Assembly (NCBI GenBank): GCA_964016885.1
Contig: OZ024745.1
Coordinates: 73,780,001 to 73,844,000 of the forward strand
Reading direction: 5' to 3'
DNA from: Eledone cirrhosa
Lineage: Eukaryota
Length of the DNA: 64,000 bases
Positions 1-13,390 of the stretch are shown here, piece by piece. Numbering within the stretch: the first letter of the stretch is position 1; each line of letters starts with the position of its first letter. The position numbers and the translations under genes are program-made. The notes beneath the pieces are model-generated. The model did no database searches, was not told the DNA's origin, and was given only the letters and a program-made list of their open reading frames with translations.

Positions 1-324
1 GCGTCTTTGTAGGCAATGTGGATCGACTAATGTTGAAAAGGTGTTCTTTCTAAAAGGTTCTGTCTACATCTCCCCTTCTCTTGTATAATTTTATCGAAAA
101 AAAAAAAATTAAACTGCTTTTAAAGGATGTTGAAAAGAGGAACAAATTACAATAATTATCTTTAGAATTGCCGATAGTTACCGAGAATCTTCCTCGTGTC
201 CTCAGTGTACAGAATTTTGTTTCATCTTTTAAAAAAGAATCTTTTTGACGACGATGCGTGAGAGATTGATCAACATTTTGATATTTTGGTTAAAGGTCAA
301 CTATTTATTTAATATAGAATCATT

Positions 325-945
325 TTTTCAGGGTTAAATGTCATATATTTATCGAATATAACACGAAAACGTTTCGCTGCTCTATGTACTGGCTTTCGAA
401 AATAATACCGTCAGATTTTTGTTTGTTTGTCGTTTTATTATTGAAGTATTATTTAAAAAATCATAACATTTATATGCAGATAATAATTGTATATTGAGTG
501 AAATTTGAATTTGTTTTTACATACCTAACCGTATAATACTTTATAGATGAGGGGTTGTCTCAAAAGTGATGAGAATTGTGACTTTTCCAAGGTCATTTAT
601 TACGCAGATGCAGGGTTTTTTTATTATTGCCATTTAACCGCCATTTTTTCTGAATTAACTGTCATATATTTATCTAGTATAACGCAAAAACACTTCGCTC
701 CTCTACACACTGGCTTTTGAATACCATCATTTTTTTTTTCTGTTGAAGGAAAGTATTACTTCAAAATTTATAAGATAATAATTATATATCTACTGAAATT
801 TGAATTTTGTTCAAAATTTACAATTTGTTTTTGCGTACCTAACTGTATGATACTTTATAGATGAAGGGTTGTTTGAAAAGTGAGAAAGTATAACCTTTCT
901 AATGTCATTTGCTATGCAGATGCAGGCGTTGCCATTATTGTTATT
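325..945. repeat. Diverged tandem duplication of a ~320-bp unit
   Basis: GTCATATATTTATC..TATAAC at ~340 and ~661; TACTTTATAGATGA.GGGTTGT..AAAAGTGA at ~537 and ~851; GCAGATGCAGG at ~604 and ~917. A short third copy of the first motif lies at ~23094-23126. Confidence 0.75.
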
Positions 946-3042
946 TAAACCCCAGGCCATCCTTGATTGAACAGATTTATTATCTAAAGCGTTGAAGCTT
1001 TGACTGTGCAGTCTTCTTTTTAGACAGAGTTTACCTAACATTTCATTGTCTAATATGTATTTTTTCATTATCCGATTAGTTTGTTGGTCTAGGAGAGATA
1101 CAAAGTTAATATATGACTAGAATAACAAAGGTGGGCAGGATTAGGTGACCTTAAAAATTCACAAAATTGAAGCGGAAGAGTGAGTGTCAAATGCAGTTGG
1201 GTTATAAAGCTAGTGTGCATTGGCAGTATGGGAGACAACTGAAGGAAGGAAGCTATCGTGGAGTATGTTGTAAATAATAAAACGAGCTAGGTGTTCGATG
1301 TACGTCTATCTACAACCAATCCTGAAACATAGGGCTGGATCGATACAAGGAATTGTCGTCAGAGTGAAGCTGTGAAGCTTATGCACCCATGGATTACTGA
1401 AGCATATTTTGACAGCAATGGAAGCATAATCAAACTACACCTGAGATCAAACAATGCACGAGAGTAAGCAAAGGAAATCCAAATCCCATGCTTTACATTA
1501 CTGCTAATGACTGGAAGGTGCAGGGGTCTCCGAGGGAAGCGATTGTGTTTCGAAACCATATTAAAATAATGAAGCAAAAATCTTCACTCATCGCATATTT
1601 TGACCTGAAAAAGTCTTTACTATGGACATAACGACCTCTTGTAAAGACAATATGGAGTGAATATATTAAAGAATGTGATTAAAATAGGAAGAACTCAAAG
1701 AGACGTGAGAGGCTTGAGAACGTGTAAGTGGAATGTCACCAGTTCGTAACTAGATCCATGGTGTCCTAACTGGTTGGACGTTGCAGAAATAGCAGATCGT
1801 TGATTTCCAAAATGAAGAGGGAGGCATGGATATGGCAGAGGCAGAGATATGAGAGATAAAGACCAAACACGAAAGTAAAAAATATATCTATAGCAAACAT
1901 TAGTATACAGTATTCGTTGGTTACAACAATATCTGTTTTTCTCCAGCCAAGGACGGCTGGAGAAAAACATCATGTTACGATATGAAGGAAAAGGGTCTGC
2001 ATATTATATGCTTAGCACCATTAGAAGGATGAATATTGTCGAACATTGCCGAGATATTTGTGATCACCAGTTGACAGCCGAATGAATGTCTTGTGATGCA
2101 CGCTGCATGTTATGTAGAGTGGGGACATTTTCGATAGGTAATATGAAAGAAGCTGCCCAATTTAGTCTAGCATCTGCCATATAGTGAACCTTACGAGCAG
2201 TTGCTAAATATTTACCTACATTCTTTGCTACTATTTCATCAGCCATCAAAGAAACCCGAGCCAATAAAATTGCAAATATGTGGTCTCTCAATCGGTTAGA
2301 AAAAGCAGCTAAATCTTCCTTAAAACTACAACCTACTTTCTAAAATAATGGATAGCACATTAGAAAATGCAATTCATGATACGTAAAAATATGGAACGGT
2401 TACGGCTGGAAGATTGTTAGGCTTATATAGTGCTAACCTGGAGCTAAACAAAATCCATAAAGGAAGGTTATTGCTAATATTCTGATTTTCTTTGTGTTTT
2501 TATCAAACTTCAACAATATTTTAAGGTCAGCAATATAAATATATTATGTTAAATATATATATACCTTTGTATTAAATATTCTTTTTCATCGTTTTTTTTC
2601 AATGTGAATTACTTTTTATAACAACGTTTGGAAGATGAATTCATCATCTTTAATACCAAATTAATTTAGCATAATCAAAATGTGTGCATAGTATGTACTT
2701 AACTGCTTAACCTTGATATACTTAAATCCACAATTCTTTTTTGCCTCCTCACAACTTCTGTAAAGTTAGATATATAGATTGTACAGTTAAAAATTAAAAA
2801 TATCCACTTTTAAAAATGTTTTAAAAGGAAAGCATTTGATAAAGAAATATAGAATTTGAAAATAGAGTGTTAACTTGCGATATATCCATCATAGAAATAT
2901 AGATTTAGAAAATACTATATATTTGAATTAATAGCTATGACAGGCACTTACAAATGATAAAATATCTGAGAAAATACAAAATCAAATGTTTCATGCAAAA
3001 AACAATTTCAGATAAATACCATTTACATTATTATTATCATTA

Positions 3043-3185
3043 TCAAATCCCGCCGAGGTTAACTTTGCCTTTCATCCTTACAGGGTCGATAAAATAAAGT
3101 ACCAGTAATACACTGGTTAATTGCTAGCCTTGTGCCAAAATTAGAAACAATTAGTATTATCATTATTATAATTATTATAATTATT
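3043..3185 (+). mobile_element. 5'-truncated tRNA-derived SINE (family 1) with (ATT)n tail
   Basis: TCAAATCCCGCCGAGGTTAACTTTGCCTTTCATCC..GGTCGATAAAATAAAGTACCAGT..CCTTGTGCCAAAATTAGAAACAATT matches the fuller copies at 11533, 21716, 28225 and 63287. ATT repeats lie on both sides. Confidence 0.85.
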
Positions 3186-3208
3186 ATTGTTGTTGTTGTT
3201 GTTGTTGC

Positions 3209-3260
<52 letters not shown>

Positions 3261-3266
3261 GCTGTT
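3186..3266. repeat. (GTT)n microsatellite grading from the (ATT)n SINE tail
   Basis: Read directly from the sequence. Confidence 0.95.
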
Positions 3267-3489
3267 TGAATCTTTCTTCGAATTTTGATCCTTTCCCCCA
3301 AATCATGTCGAATGTCAACCTGACACCTGAGACAAAATTTGATAATTCACATATTTTACAACCAATTGCCATATAAATGAGTCTAAAAGGGCACAAACAA
3401 CAGTAAATGTCTTTGCAAGGTTTTTAAATTGATAATGCCCGTTTCAGGAGATGGACAATGCCAGTCAGCACTATTTTCTATATCTCTTG

Positions 3490-3802
3490 TAACGACATTG
3501 AGGTGCCACACTTTTTCAATTTCAATGAGCAGATCTTTATATTTTCTTAGCTTGTCAAATTCTTTTGCTGCGATATTGTGATAACACCAGATGCTCATAG
3601 AAATCAATAAACAGACCGTGCTATGTTGGTCTTTTACATTGATATCTGCTCTATTAGCTTTCCGGTCAGTATGTACAGGAAACTCCCAAAAAATCGTTAC
3701 TTTTAGTTACAGTGTCAGGGTGATGATTGTACCATTTGTCAGCAGTTTTGATTTTATAATGCCGACATATTAACCAGTGTAGATATTGGCCAACTGTCAT
3801 GT
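3490..3802 (-). pseudogene. Degenerate C-terminal (RLE endonuclease) fragment of an R4/Dong-type retrotransposon
   Basis: Minus strand reads ..QYLHWLICRHYKIKTADKWYNHHP..TDRKANRADI..KEFDKLRKYKDLLIEIEKVW, homologous to 36777-37877. It is also similar at DNA level to 29880-30000. Confidence 0.85.
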
Positions 3803-3828
3803 TTATTATTATTATTTTTATTATTATA

Positions 3829-4502
3829 GGCACTAACAGCCCTCGGCCAGTCGGGCGCTGTGTTCGGTGGAAACTCTACCTTGGCGTTCTATAGAGGGTT
3901 AGTGGAGATAAAGAGCGACAACGTCCTTGAAAATCAACTAGCCAATTTCTTCTGGAGACCTTTCGGACCAGGGCCCATGGACAACTTCCAGAAATTCCTG
4001 TCCTGGAAGTGCTACCGAGGAGCTGTGCCAGTTCGAGATAAACTCTACAGGCATGGAAGTGCCATCAATCGGTCCTGTCAGGTGCACGCAGGGCGACGAA
4101 ACCGTTTTGCACGCACTCGTCGAGTGTCCGAGTATTGCTGCCCTGTGAGTTTATGTCGAGCACCTGCTTTCCCGTGTAGGACCGATCCGACTATCAACTG
4201 AGTCCATAGCGAAGATCACCCCCACCGTCCTCCTTTAGAGGGGATAGACAGGCAGTTTTTATCTGCCTGGTAGCCATGGCGAAAGCGGTCGTGTGGTGGA
4301 CGCGTTTGAAAGGGTTGAAGACAGCCATCTTCCTCTTTGGCAAAGCCCTGATAAACGTTTTCAGATTTCACTTGTTTTAAATATTTATTTTCTTAGTCAC
4401 TTTTATAAATTTTATTTTACACAAAGAAAAATCCTCACTGCATTCGTCCTGTATCGCCTTTAATGTTTTCTTAATGTGAGCCCTGTGTGGTTAATAAAAA
4501 AA
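3829..4502 (+). mobile_element. 5'-truncated degenerate Tx1-type element (ORF2 C-terminus plus 3'UTR)
   Basis: GGNSTLAFYRGLVE..GPGPMDNFQK..CYRGAVPVRDKLYRHG aligns to the ORF2 of the array copies. It ends GCCCTGTGTGGTTAATAAAA followed by (ATT)n and is preceded by ATT repeats (3803-3827). Confidence 0.9.
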
Positions 4503-6226
4503 TTATTATTATTATTATTATTACTATTGTTGTTGTTGTTGATGTTATTGTTATTATTATTATTATTATGTTTATCTTGAGACAATTGTCAGATAATAGA
4601 TTTTTTAACACAATGGGGTCTGTTCACAACCGTTCGTTTGCTATTAGGACAGCTTTATAATATGGACATTTCCTTCAAAATTCATAAAAGATAGAACATT
4701 TATGATGAAATACTCCGAAATCTAAAACTACTCTACCCGAAAACTACAGCCTCCTCTCCTCTTAGATTAGCAATTTACATTTTTAGTACGTTCTGATACG
4801 AATTATTTGTTTGGACTAAAACGCAACATGGAAATAATATGCAATTGAATTTCAATTAGATGGTAAAATATGCTCGGTGGATTGTGCAGCGATAGATATT
4901 TTTAGAAGCAATGGAAATATTCATAGAATGAGAATGAATTAATCACGGTAGATTGTTAGTTAAAACTCCATTAATAACATAACACTAATATAATAAAAGT
5001 GAATTTACAGAATGTATCGTATTTAGTTTATAACGCCTCTTTAAAAGTTTTTAATGTTCGGCCCTCTGTTAAGTACAAATTAAATACCACCAAAATACTA
5101 ATTTGTGTCATTTGTAGAAGAAAAAAGGCTTGTTCAAGATAAGAAATGAATTACTATAACAATAATATAATAACATTAAGCAATCTCTTAAATACAATAA
5201 TCAGCAAAACAGGAAACTTTAATTCGATATCTCATTTCAATATAATAAAAAATATAGTAACATGACAACATAGCCTGTTTCGGAGATGAACAAGCAAGAC
5301 AAATCAGAAAACCGCAAACAAATTTATACAAAATAGAAAGATGTAATACAATATTACGCAAAAAAACTAAACTAAATTACATGCAGATAACACGATACAA
5401 ACCAGAAACAAACAGATCAAATAATATGAATAATAAAATAAACTAATACAAGAGTTGATACGATACCAGTACATGAAAGAAAACATTTAGACCAAAATTC
5501 TTTTGAATCATAAAACGAGAACTTAATGAATCTTGTTAATGAAGAAACTCAAGGAGCGATTCGATGAAGCACAATTCCAAAGATATAGTATTTGTATAGC
5601 AGCCATTTTATCGACACACTGCCAAAACAATAATTTAAATAACAGAGAGTAAAAAAGAGAACGAAGAGAAAATTCAACCATTAACAATGTATCGCATTAA
5701 AGATAGAAGGTATACAAATGAGATAAGAATGCAACAAAACATATTATTAAAATATAAATGAAATTTGATATTGAAATAAGGAAAATCAACTGAAATATAT
5801 AGAATAAATAATAGAGAGAATATTACACTGAAGAATATAAAAGGAATGTAAAAACAGAGAAGAAAGATTCAATGGAAAATCAAACCAAAGAAAATCCTAA
5901 CCAATTAGAAGATGCGAGAACAGATTGGAGATGTTTGTAAAGAAATTTAAAGATCTCTTGGGATAACTTTGTATAACAGAACTTCAGTTTATTGGTAAAT
6001 TATTGAGTGAAACTACACCGCAACTACTTTCAATATTAGACTAGTGATTTCCCTGCACTTACATTATTTATGACTTTTAGAGAAGCATGAGTATCACACA
6101 TTCTCATTTGTCATCTATAAATATAAGGCCTTGAAAGAAATCAATGAAATAGATCAATGATTGTCTAGTTGGTTTCAAAACAGCAATCTATCGGTTTTAT
6201 TTCTATATGTATGTTTATAATACAAA

Positions 6227-6342
<116 letters not shown>

Positions 6343-7519
6343 TATATTGATTTTTCCCTTGGTAGTTAGCCCAGATTATATATGTCGATGATGCTCTATC
6401 AAATTTAGTATGACAAGCTGTGTATTCGGAAATGGATATTTTGCAGTAGATATTCATGCACACATACAAATATGAATATATAAATTTGAAACCTTAGTCT
6501 AAAATACATCAGAGGAAAAAAGAACTTACAGCCACAACTGAAAAAGCTAAAATACAAATCAACAAACTTATTCATGCAAAATATCGAATAGACTGTTTAC
6601 AAGAAATATAACAACAACACGTTCAACATGAAGAAACGTTATCTCCCTCCTCACTGTCACGGAATCACATTAAAATATAAGCAAAATTTCAGGAAACATT
6701 GTTGCTATCTGAACACTGAATATCAACTATTCTAAATTATACTCAAACTAGACTATGTAGACCTTTTTACAGTGGGGCTAATCTTATATCATACATAAAA
6801 ACTTGCATTCACTATATAGATATTCCAAATGACATTTGAAAATTAAGAATGCTACAATAGAAATGCATTCTTTCTGAATAAAAAGAAATCAACACATTAA
6901 CGAATATTAACTAGCTACGTCATTAGCTACGTCACTAGCTACGTCAAGCGTTCCACCATGTTACATTGACAGATACAACACTTTAACAATCTCATAAATG
7001 CCATCATCGGAAAGGCTTCAATGCACTCAGCACTACTTTAAAATAGTACAGATAAGAATTGAGTTGATGTAATATTATTGCATCTAGAAGCCTTTTACAT
7101 CCTTATCGATCCACACATATCTTTTCGAAACCTAATTACCACAACTACCTAGCAAATACTTCCTCAACCTTTCTTGGGCCAGGTACTCACTATCCCCACT
7201 ACACACATACAACATCAACAAGAAAAGCAGGAAAAAATTCTCATACTGCAAAAGAGCGCAATAGGACGAGTTCCACCAATAACAAGACTAGAATAACAAG
7301 ACTAGAATCCAACAACAGCACCACCACCACAAACATAGACAAACGCGCTTCTTAAACCCTTTCTTCCATGTAATACTTATTTCCTAGTCTCATATGTTTA
7401 ATGAATTTATATAATTACTTTTCAATTATTGGTTACGCACAGCATTATTCCAATGAGGAAATGTCGTACGATTAACGGGATGATTTTCAATTAGGTGAAC
7501 TGATACATAATATAGTTAA

Positions 7520-7858
7520 ATAGGTTTATTTACAATAGTTTATAACTTTGTCTATTAATCCGTATGGTGAGCAAATGGGGTCCCACGTGCTGGCCTCCCC
7601 ACAGCCCCGGCGGACAAGATGGAGAAGGCATTTCCCCGGAGAATGCTAAGGGAGGTGCGCTGGAAGAGCCATTCCAACTCGAGAGGCTCACACCTGCGGC
7701 TGGCTAGCTCAGCGCCTATGGTGGTGAATAGGGAGGTAGCCCCAGGGCCAAGGACACCAGAAGTCTGCACTGCCAAGGGCTCGACCGCGAACCTGTTGAA
7801 GAGCGACCGGTACTTGGAGAGTTTGGCCTCCTCAGCCCGACGTGCAGCAGACGTTGTT
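7520..7858 (-). mobile_element. 3' fragment of a CRE-clade (RLE) non-LTR retrotransposon
   Basis: GC-rich island. Minus strand reads SAARRAEEAKLSKYRSLFNRFAVEPLAVQTSGVLGPGA..IGAELA..WLFQRTSLSILRGNAFSIL. This fits the K-x2-KY..P-x-A-x-(E/Q)T-x-G..QR-x-S-x3-RGNA C-terminus of CRE-type ORFs. The stop is at 7555. Confidence 0.75.
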
Positions 7859-8152
7859 TGTAAATAACTCTCCTCAGGTCATACTTGCATTTTACAAATC
7901 AATGTTATTAAACAAAAGCAGAATTTAAGCCAGTGACACTTTCAGAGTATTTCCTTCTAGACTCATAGTATGCCCCTCCTGGATTGGTTCTGTACGTAGA
8001 ATTGCATCATGCATAAGGGAGCAGGTTTCCAAACATTTCTTAACTGTCTTATACATTCTTTCTTTTCGATTAGCATGACTTTCGAATATTTCCCCAACTC
8101 TTGCTTAATACCTATTTTCTTTTCTCTTTCTCCTCTTTCATTTCTCAGATTC

Positions 8153-8156
<4 letters not shown>

Positions 8157-8213
<57 letters not shown>

Positions 8214-8232
8214 TACATACACACACACACTC
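8157..8232. repeat. (CT)n(CA)n microsatellite
   Basis: Read directly from the sequence. Confidence 0.95.
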
Positions 8233-11183
8233 GCTCTCCCTCAGCCTCTCTCTTTCTAATTTTATTTGTATCATTTCACAATTTCTCCATTATCGAGACT
8301 TTTAACCGTTTCTTCTTTTTATAATTTGTTTCAACTGTCATGTTTTACTATTCTACCTTCTCTTCCTCTTATCACAATCACCAGATTTATTAAATCGTTA
8401 TTTACATTCCATCTTGATCTTAAACATTCTTTTTTTTTAGCTTCTATTTCTTTACATTTTCTTTTTACTCGCCCTTTGATCAATTCCTTCCTGTTAAGAA
8501 TTTTCACAATCAAGAAAGAATTATATCACAGTAAAGTGACAGATTAAATCAACCATTGACACCTCCCAATGTCAAATTAATCTTAAGTGCTATTCTCACC
8601 TACATTCTCTTCCATCATGCCACCTCTCCTAATTATGCATTAATTTATAGTTACTTGCTGCTCACCCAGTTATTTATTTATTATACCCGAGAGGATCAAT
8701 ATAAATGGTATTGATCAGTAACTGAGAAGCGTAGAAAATGAATCGTTAGAAAAAAATAGCCAGTATTTTCTAAAGGAGACGATACTGAAAATTTACTGCA
8801 ACCAGTAACACCTAGTTGCCAGGACAACATGGCATCCGTCATTGCAAGACATTCGACCAGAGTTTATAATAGAACCGATTCATATTATTATTAAGATGTT
8901 ATTTAAAAAATATTTTCTTTTTCAAATTTTGTACTAAAATATTTGAGAATATAGCCGTATTGATATAATGCTGGTTTACCGACTGAAAATATGATGCGTG
9001 TGTATGTAGAAAGTATATTTGACTTTCATTGAACTAGATGTAGTTACTATATGAATATAGTTGTATGTCGTAAATTGTTAACTCATGTAATGTAAAAGTT
9101 AGTTTTAACGACTAAACTCAAATCTTCGCATGGTTCTGAAGATGGCAACGACAAAACGAATCAGTATATTTTAATAATCATATTGGAGATGGATCTTTCA
9201 ATGGTGTTATTCCTACACATTAACACAATAGATGGATTCCTTAGAAAATATATATATAATGTTGAAGTAGATAGATAAAAGTATGAATTTGGATCCTTCG
9301 AAAACTGTTTTAATCTTTACCTGTACTTCTGTTAATTTCTGATGTAATATACATTTTAAAGATTTTTGGAAGAACATTTTTACGATTTCGCTACAGTAGA
9401 CGAAGTATTTTATATTCTTACAGAAATCTAATGACTATCGAAGAAGCCATTTCTTTCCAAGATTAATCCTAAGTCCTAGAAATACTAGTTCAAAATACTT
9501 AGTTCAAAACAAAAATTCAGAATATTAAGAGAATTTTGAATGAAAACGTAAAAATGTTGACAATAGATTATTACCTTCTTTGAAAAGACTAATTGCAAAG
9601 GCTTAGCAGTAAATTATATAACGATAATTGTAGTAAGATGTATTATTCAGAAAATATTATTTAAAGGTCTTATGAACATGGTCATATATATTATATATAT
9701 AAAGCTCTCCGGTAATATAGATATTTTTCAAAACGCAATTATCATACTGAGAACCACAAATTAAGATTACAGTATTGTGTCTTGATTCAAGATTCAGAGA
9801 TGAAAGTGGAAGATTAAAAATAGCTTCAAATTTTCAACAACGATAAGTAGCAACAATAGTATCTTAAGATCGTTGTACAGACAATTTTGAAATAAACTAA
9901 ACAATAGAAGAAAATGATAACTACTTAACTTCATTTTATTCTCTAATTCTACAGTGTGACGGAATTATTTAAATGTTAATTGTTCTTCTCTGTCAGTCAG
10001 ATACAATATGTAGGCAGGAACATCATAGTAATGAAAAGAATTATGATAATAACTACTGAGATACCAATTGTACATTCTAGTACAGAATATATGATTAAAG
10101 CAAAACAGTGAATTCATTGTCGTTTTAAATTTGTATCACAGTACTAATAAACGGTTATGAAAAATATGAAGCGTATGAAGAAAGCTCCTTGGATGAATTG
10201 AAACATACTCTAAGACACTTTCCACGATTTAGAGGTCAAATATATTCAGATTGAAGAGAAGGATACAACCGTGTGCACAGTAAACCATACTTATAATACA
10301 TAAAGGACAGTGGTGTAGAATATTCAGATTTTTATGCTAAATACTTTCTTTGAATATGAAATCACTCTTTCCAAATAACAAATGCACTAAATGGATATAT
10401 ATTCTTGTGTCAAATCTTAATTGAAATCTATTAACATTTGTAAAGCTTGCTCTAAAAGCTGATACAGGCTCTGATCATAACATGGACTATAAAGACTGAT
10501 CTATAATCGATATGATGTAGTAACAAGATTCTATAAGAATATCTAATAAAATATCTGCCCTAAAAAGGATTTAAATACACGTCTTGAGAAAATGTCGTTT
10601 GAAGTTGTTTATGAAAGTGTTGAAAACTTCCTGATGAACACAAGAGAGATGGGGAGTGAAATGGGGGAGAGAGAGAGGACTGGAGGAGGTGAACGAGAAT
10701 GAGAAATTGGGGGTGGAGAGATTGGCGTATAATTTTAAATGAAATTAAAGAAACAAGAATGAAGATAATAGCATGGAAACATGAATGTGCAAAAAGCAAT
10801 TCCAATATATAATCAGTCTGTGAAGCAGATGGAGCAGTAAACTGATTATAAAAAGTATAGGGAGCCGGCAGCATAATTGGTAAATGTTTAAGTATTCTAT
10901 CCAGAAAATGTTAGATTAAAACTATCGTAGAAGCAATTTACATCTGTTCGTTGGCCCTATGGGCATTATATGTTAAACTAAACGTTAGATTAATTATAGA
11001 TTTATTTATGTCGTCGTAGCTGTGTAAATGCAATACGAAATAAAAAATTTAAAATATTGATAGGATAAAACAAATCATGCAAGTTATCAAAATACCTTAG
11101 CATGAAATAAAATGTGTAAATATACTATAGGTGAAATTCAGCCATATATTTATCAGAATATGGGAACACACAACCACACACAA

Positions 11184-11214
<31 letters not shown>

Positions 11215-11267
11215 CATACTACAAGGACGATTTGTTATGCATTCAATAACTTTACGTTACACTCCCT

Positions 11268-11269
<2 letters not shown>

Positions 11270-11333
<64 letters not shown>

Positions 11334-11370
11334 CGTTTCTGAATTTGGCAACATGACCCTCCCAAAGTAT

Positions 11371-11412
<42 letters not shown>
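11270..11412. repeat. Two (TA)n tracts
   Basis: Tracts at ~11270-11331 and ~11375-11412. Confidence 0.95.
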
Positions 11413-11414
<2 letters not shown>

Positions 11415-11532
11415 TTAGGGTAAATATTGATGCAATTCAATTCAAGCACTCAACGTACTTATTCCACATAGGAGTGACGGAGTAATTATCGAATAAGGAA
11501 AAACGAAGTAGTTTCAGATGTTCAAGTCTTTT

Positions 11533-11728
11533 AATAATAATTGTTTCTACATTTGGCACAAGACCAGCAAATACCCAGTACATTACTGGTACTTTATTTT
11601 ATCGACTGCGTAAGGATGAAAGGCAAAGTTTACCTCGGCGGGATTTGAACTCAGAATGGCAAGGGTCGTAACTCTATGCATCAAAGCATGGCGTCCAACC
11701 CTCTACCGATACTGCCAATTCACCGCCC
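11533..11728 (-). mobile_element. Near full-length tRNA-derived SINE (family 1)
   Basis: Reverse complement shows a head GGGCGGTGAATTGGCAGTATCGGTAG (A-box-like), GAGTTCAAATCC (B box), the central CCTTTCATCC..GTCGATAAAATAAAGTACCAG, and a tail GGTCTTGTGCCAAATGTAGAAACAATTATTATTA. Confidence 0.85.
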
Positions 11729-12292
11729 ATATGCTTTTTTACTCACCTCCATCCAAATTTTTTTTATTTCTAATTGTTAATTCTTTAATTTTTTATTTTT
11801 TTAATTTATAATTTCTGATATTTGATTTATGATTTTCGATTTTAAATTTTAATTTTTATTTCCAACTCTCACTCATAACTTCCAATGTAAAACCATGATA
11901 CCTAGAATTAAGTATATTTTCTATTAGGGGTTGATGGTCAATTGTACTGTCCATGCTTGGTGAGAGGTAGTATTGGGACCTGTAAATACTAACACTCTCC
12001 CATCCCCTCTGGCTTTCGGCTGACTGCCACTGACTGGACGGGTAGCAGTAAACTATGGTACAGGCCTAAATGGGTCATTGTTTGGCTGAGAGGGGGAACT
12101 GACTAAGCGAATTTCGTTGAAATCCGTGGTAGCTAATGGTCAAATTCCTTCGGACATGCGCCTGCGCAGAGCGGTGGGGGTGAATTGGTACTCACAGGGA
12201 AATGGATAAAGAACCCAAAAGCACACACTTCGTCCGTTCCCATCTCGATTCAATTTGGATTGCCTCGGAAACATAACCTTATTATGTAACAA

Positions 12293-12366
12293 GCTGTCTG
12301 ACGATGTCGCGACACTGGCACGCAGAACAGTGTGGCCACTGTCGTCATTGAAATATATATCACAGC
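12293..12366 (+). ncRNA. Type I hammerhead-ribozyme-like motif (probably degenerate)
   Basis: GCTGT-CTGACGA-T-[imperfect long stem II]-GAAA-TATATA-TC-ACAGC. Stem I is GCTGT/ACAGC, both core boxes are intact, and stem III is minimal and palindromic. Confidence 0.5.
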
Positions 12367-12517
12367 ATTATTATTAAAAGACTTGAACATCTGAAACAAC
12401 TTCGCTTTTCCTTATTCGATATTCTATATATATATATATAAATAGCTTAGAGTTTAGACTCAGAGAGGTCATTTACAATCATTTCAGCTCTAGGAATCGC
12501 TTCATCAAATATTAATT

Positions 12518-12564
<47 letters not shown>

Positions 12565-12739
12565 CAATAATATTAAATAAATGGAAACTATATTTATAAA
12601 ACCATATTTATTTTATTATATATATTTCAAGGGTACCAAAACACTTTGGTACGCTTTCTTCAGATAAAATACAAAGTTTGTTTTATAAATAGAGACATAC
12701 CCAGGAAGAAAATCATACCTTATCAGTTGGATATTCACT

Positions 12740-12867
<128 letters not shown>

Positions 12868-13072
12868 CTTTCAAATTGTGATAAAGTTTCAGAACGGCAT
12901 AACTGAAGAAAAGGATGTATGTATTTGAAATTCAACAGCCCCCCCCCTACATCCCCTTATATTCTATTTGCCTAATGCCCATCTTTAACGTTTACTACAT
13001 GTGTTTTTCAACAACCCTTGGAGGTTAATCAACCTTATTATATTTAGAAGAGAGCTAGATTAGGAATAAAAA

Positions 13073-13390
13073 TTGGGGTATATATATCATTTGGAGTTTC
13101 TTTTTTCTACAGCAACCAATTCAAATAATCAAGTCTATATGAGTCAATACAACCAAATAAGAATGACAATAATTCTATTAGATAAGTCTTCCCCCTCTAT
13201 AAACCTCCCTAGAATTCGGTCTAATCTGGACCCCATTCAACACATCCTACTATCATGTAAAGCTATTTCTTTCTCGAATTATATTTCTGCTGCCAAAACT
13301 TCTTGTTTTGAGTGCTTGTATCATCCCCTTTTTCTCACCATCCACCTCACCTATCTAAATATTATCAACATTGACTTACAATTATTCTAA
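13073..13390 (+). pseudogene. Possible decayed GIY-YIG endonuclease fragment (Penelope-like)
   Basis: GYIYHLEF..NNQVYMSQ..IQHILLSCKAISFSN..LNIIN loosely follows the GIY..YIG..H..F-x-N..LN pattern. The match is weak. Confidence 0.25.

Larger units (their letters stand above)
11487..12421 (+). mobile_element. Probable Penelope-like remnant with inverted termini
   Basis: 11487-11541 and 12367-12421 form a ~55-bp inverted repeat with 2 mismatches. A hammerhead-like motif lies directly upstream of the right copy, and (TA)n tracts lie nearby on both sides. Confidence 0.5.

Noticed and set aside
1300-1620. Faint ORF1-like words (IVVRVKL..HPWI)
   Set aside because: No zinc knuckle or continuous frame; the evidence is insufficient.
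5150-6050. A-rich stretch with faint Dong-like C-terminal words (QWKIKPKKI..ELQ..LLSET) on +
   Set aside because: Too decayed to support without a profile search.
6912-6946. Three 12-bp tandem copies of TAGCTACGTCA(T/C) resembling CRE/ATF sites
   Set aside because: Most simply a slippage duplication, with no promoter or gene context.
12474-12512. Second hammerhead-like string on - (TTGATGA-AGC..GCT-GAAA..GTA)
   Set aside because: The first core C is missing and stems I and III are weak, so it could be chance in AT-rich DNA.
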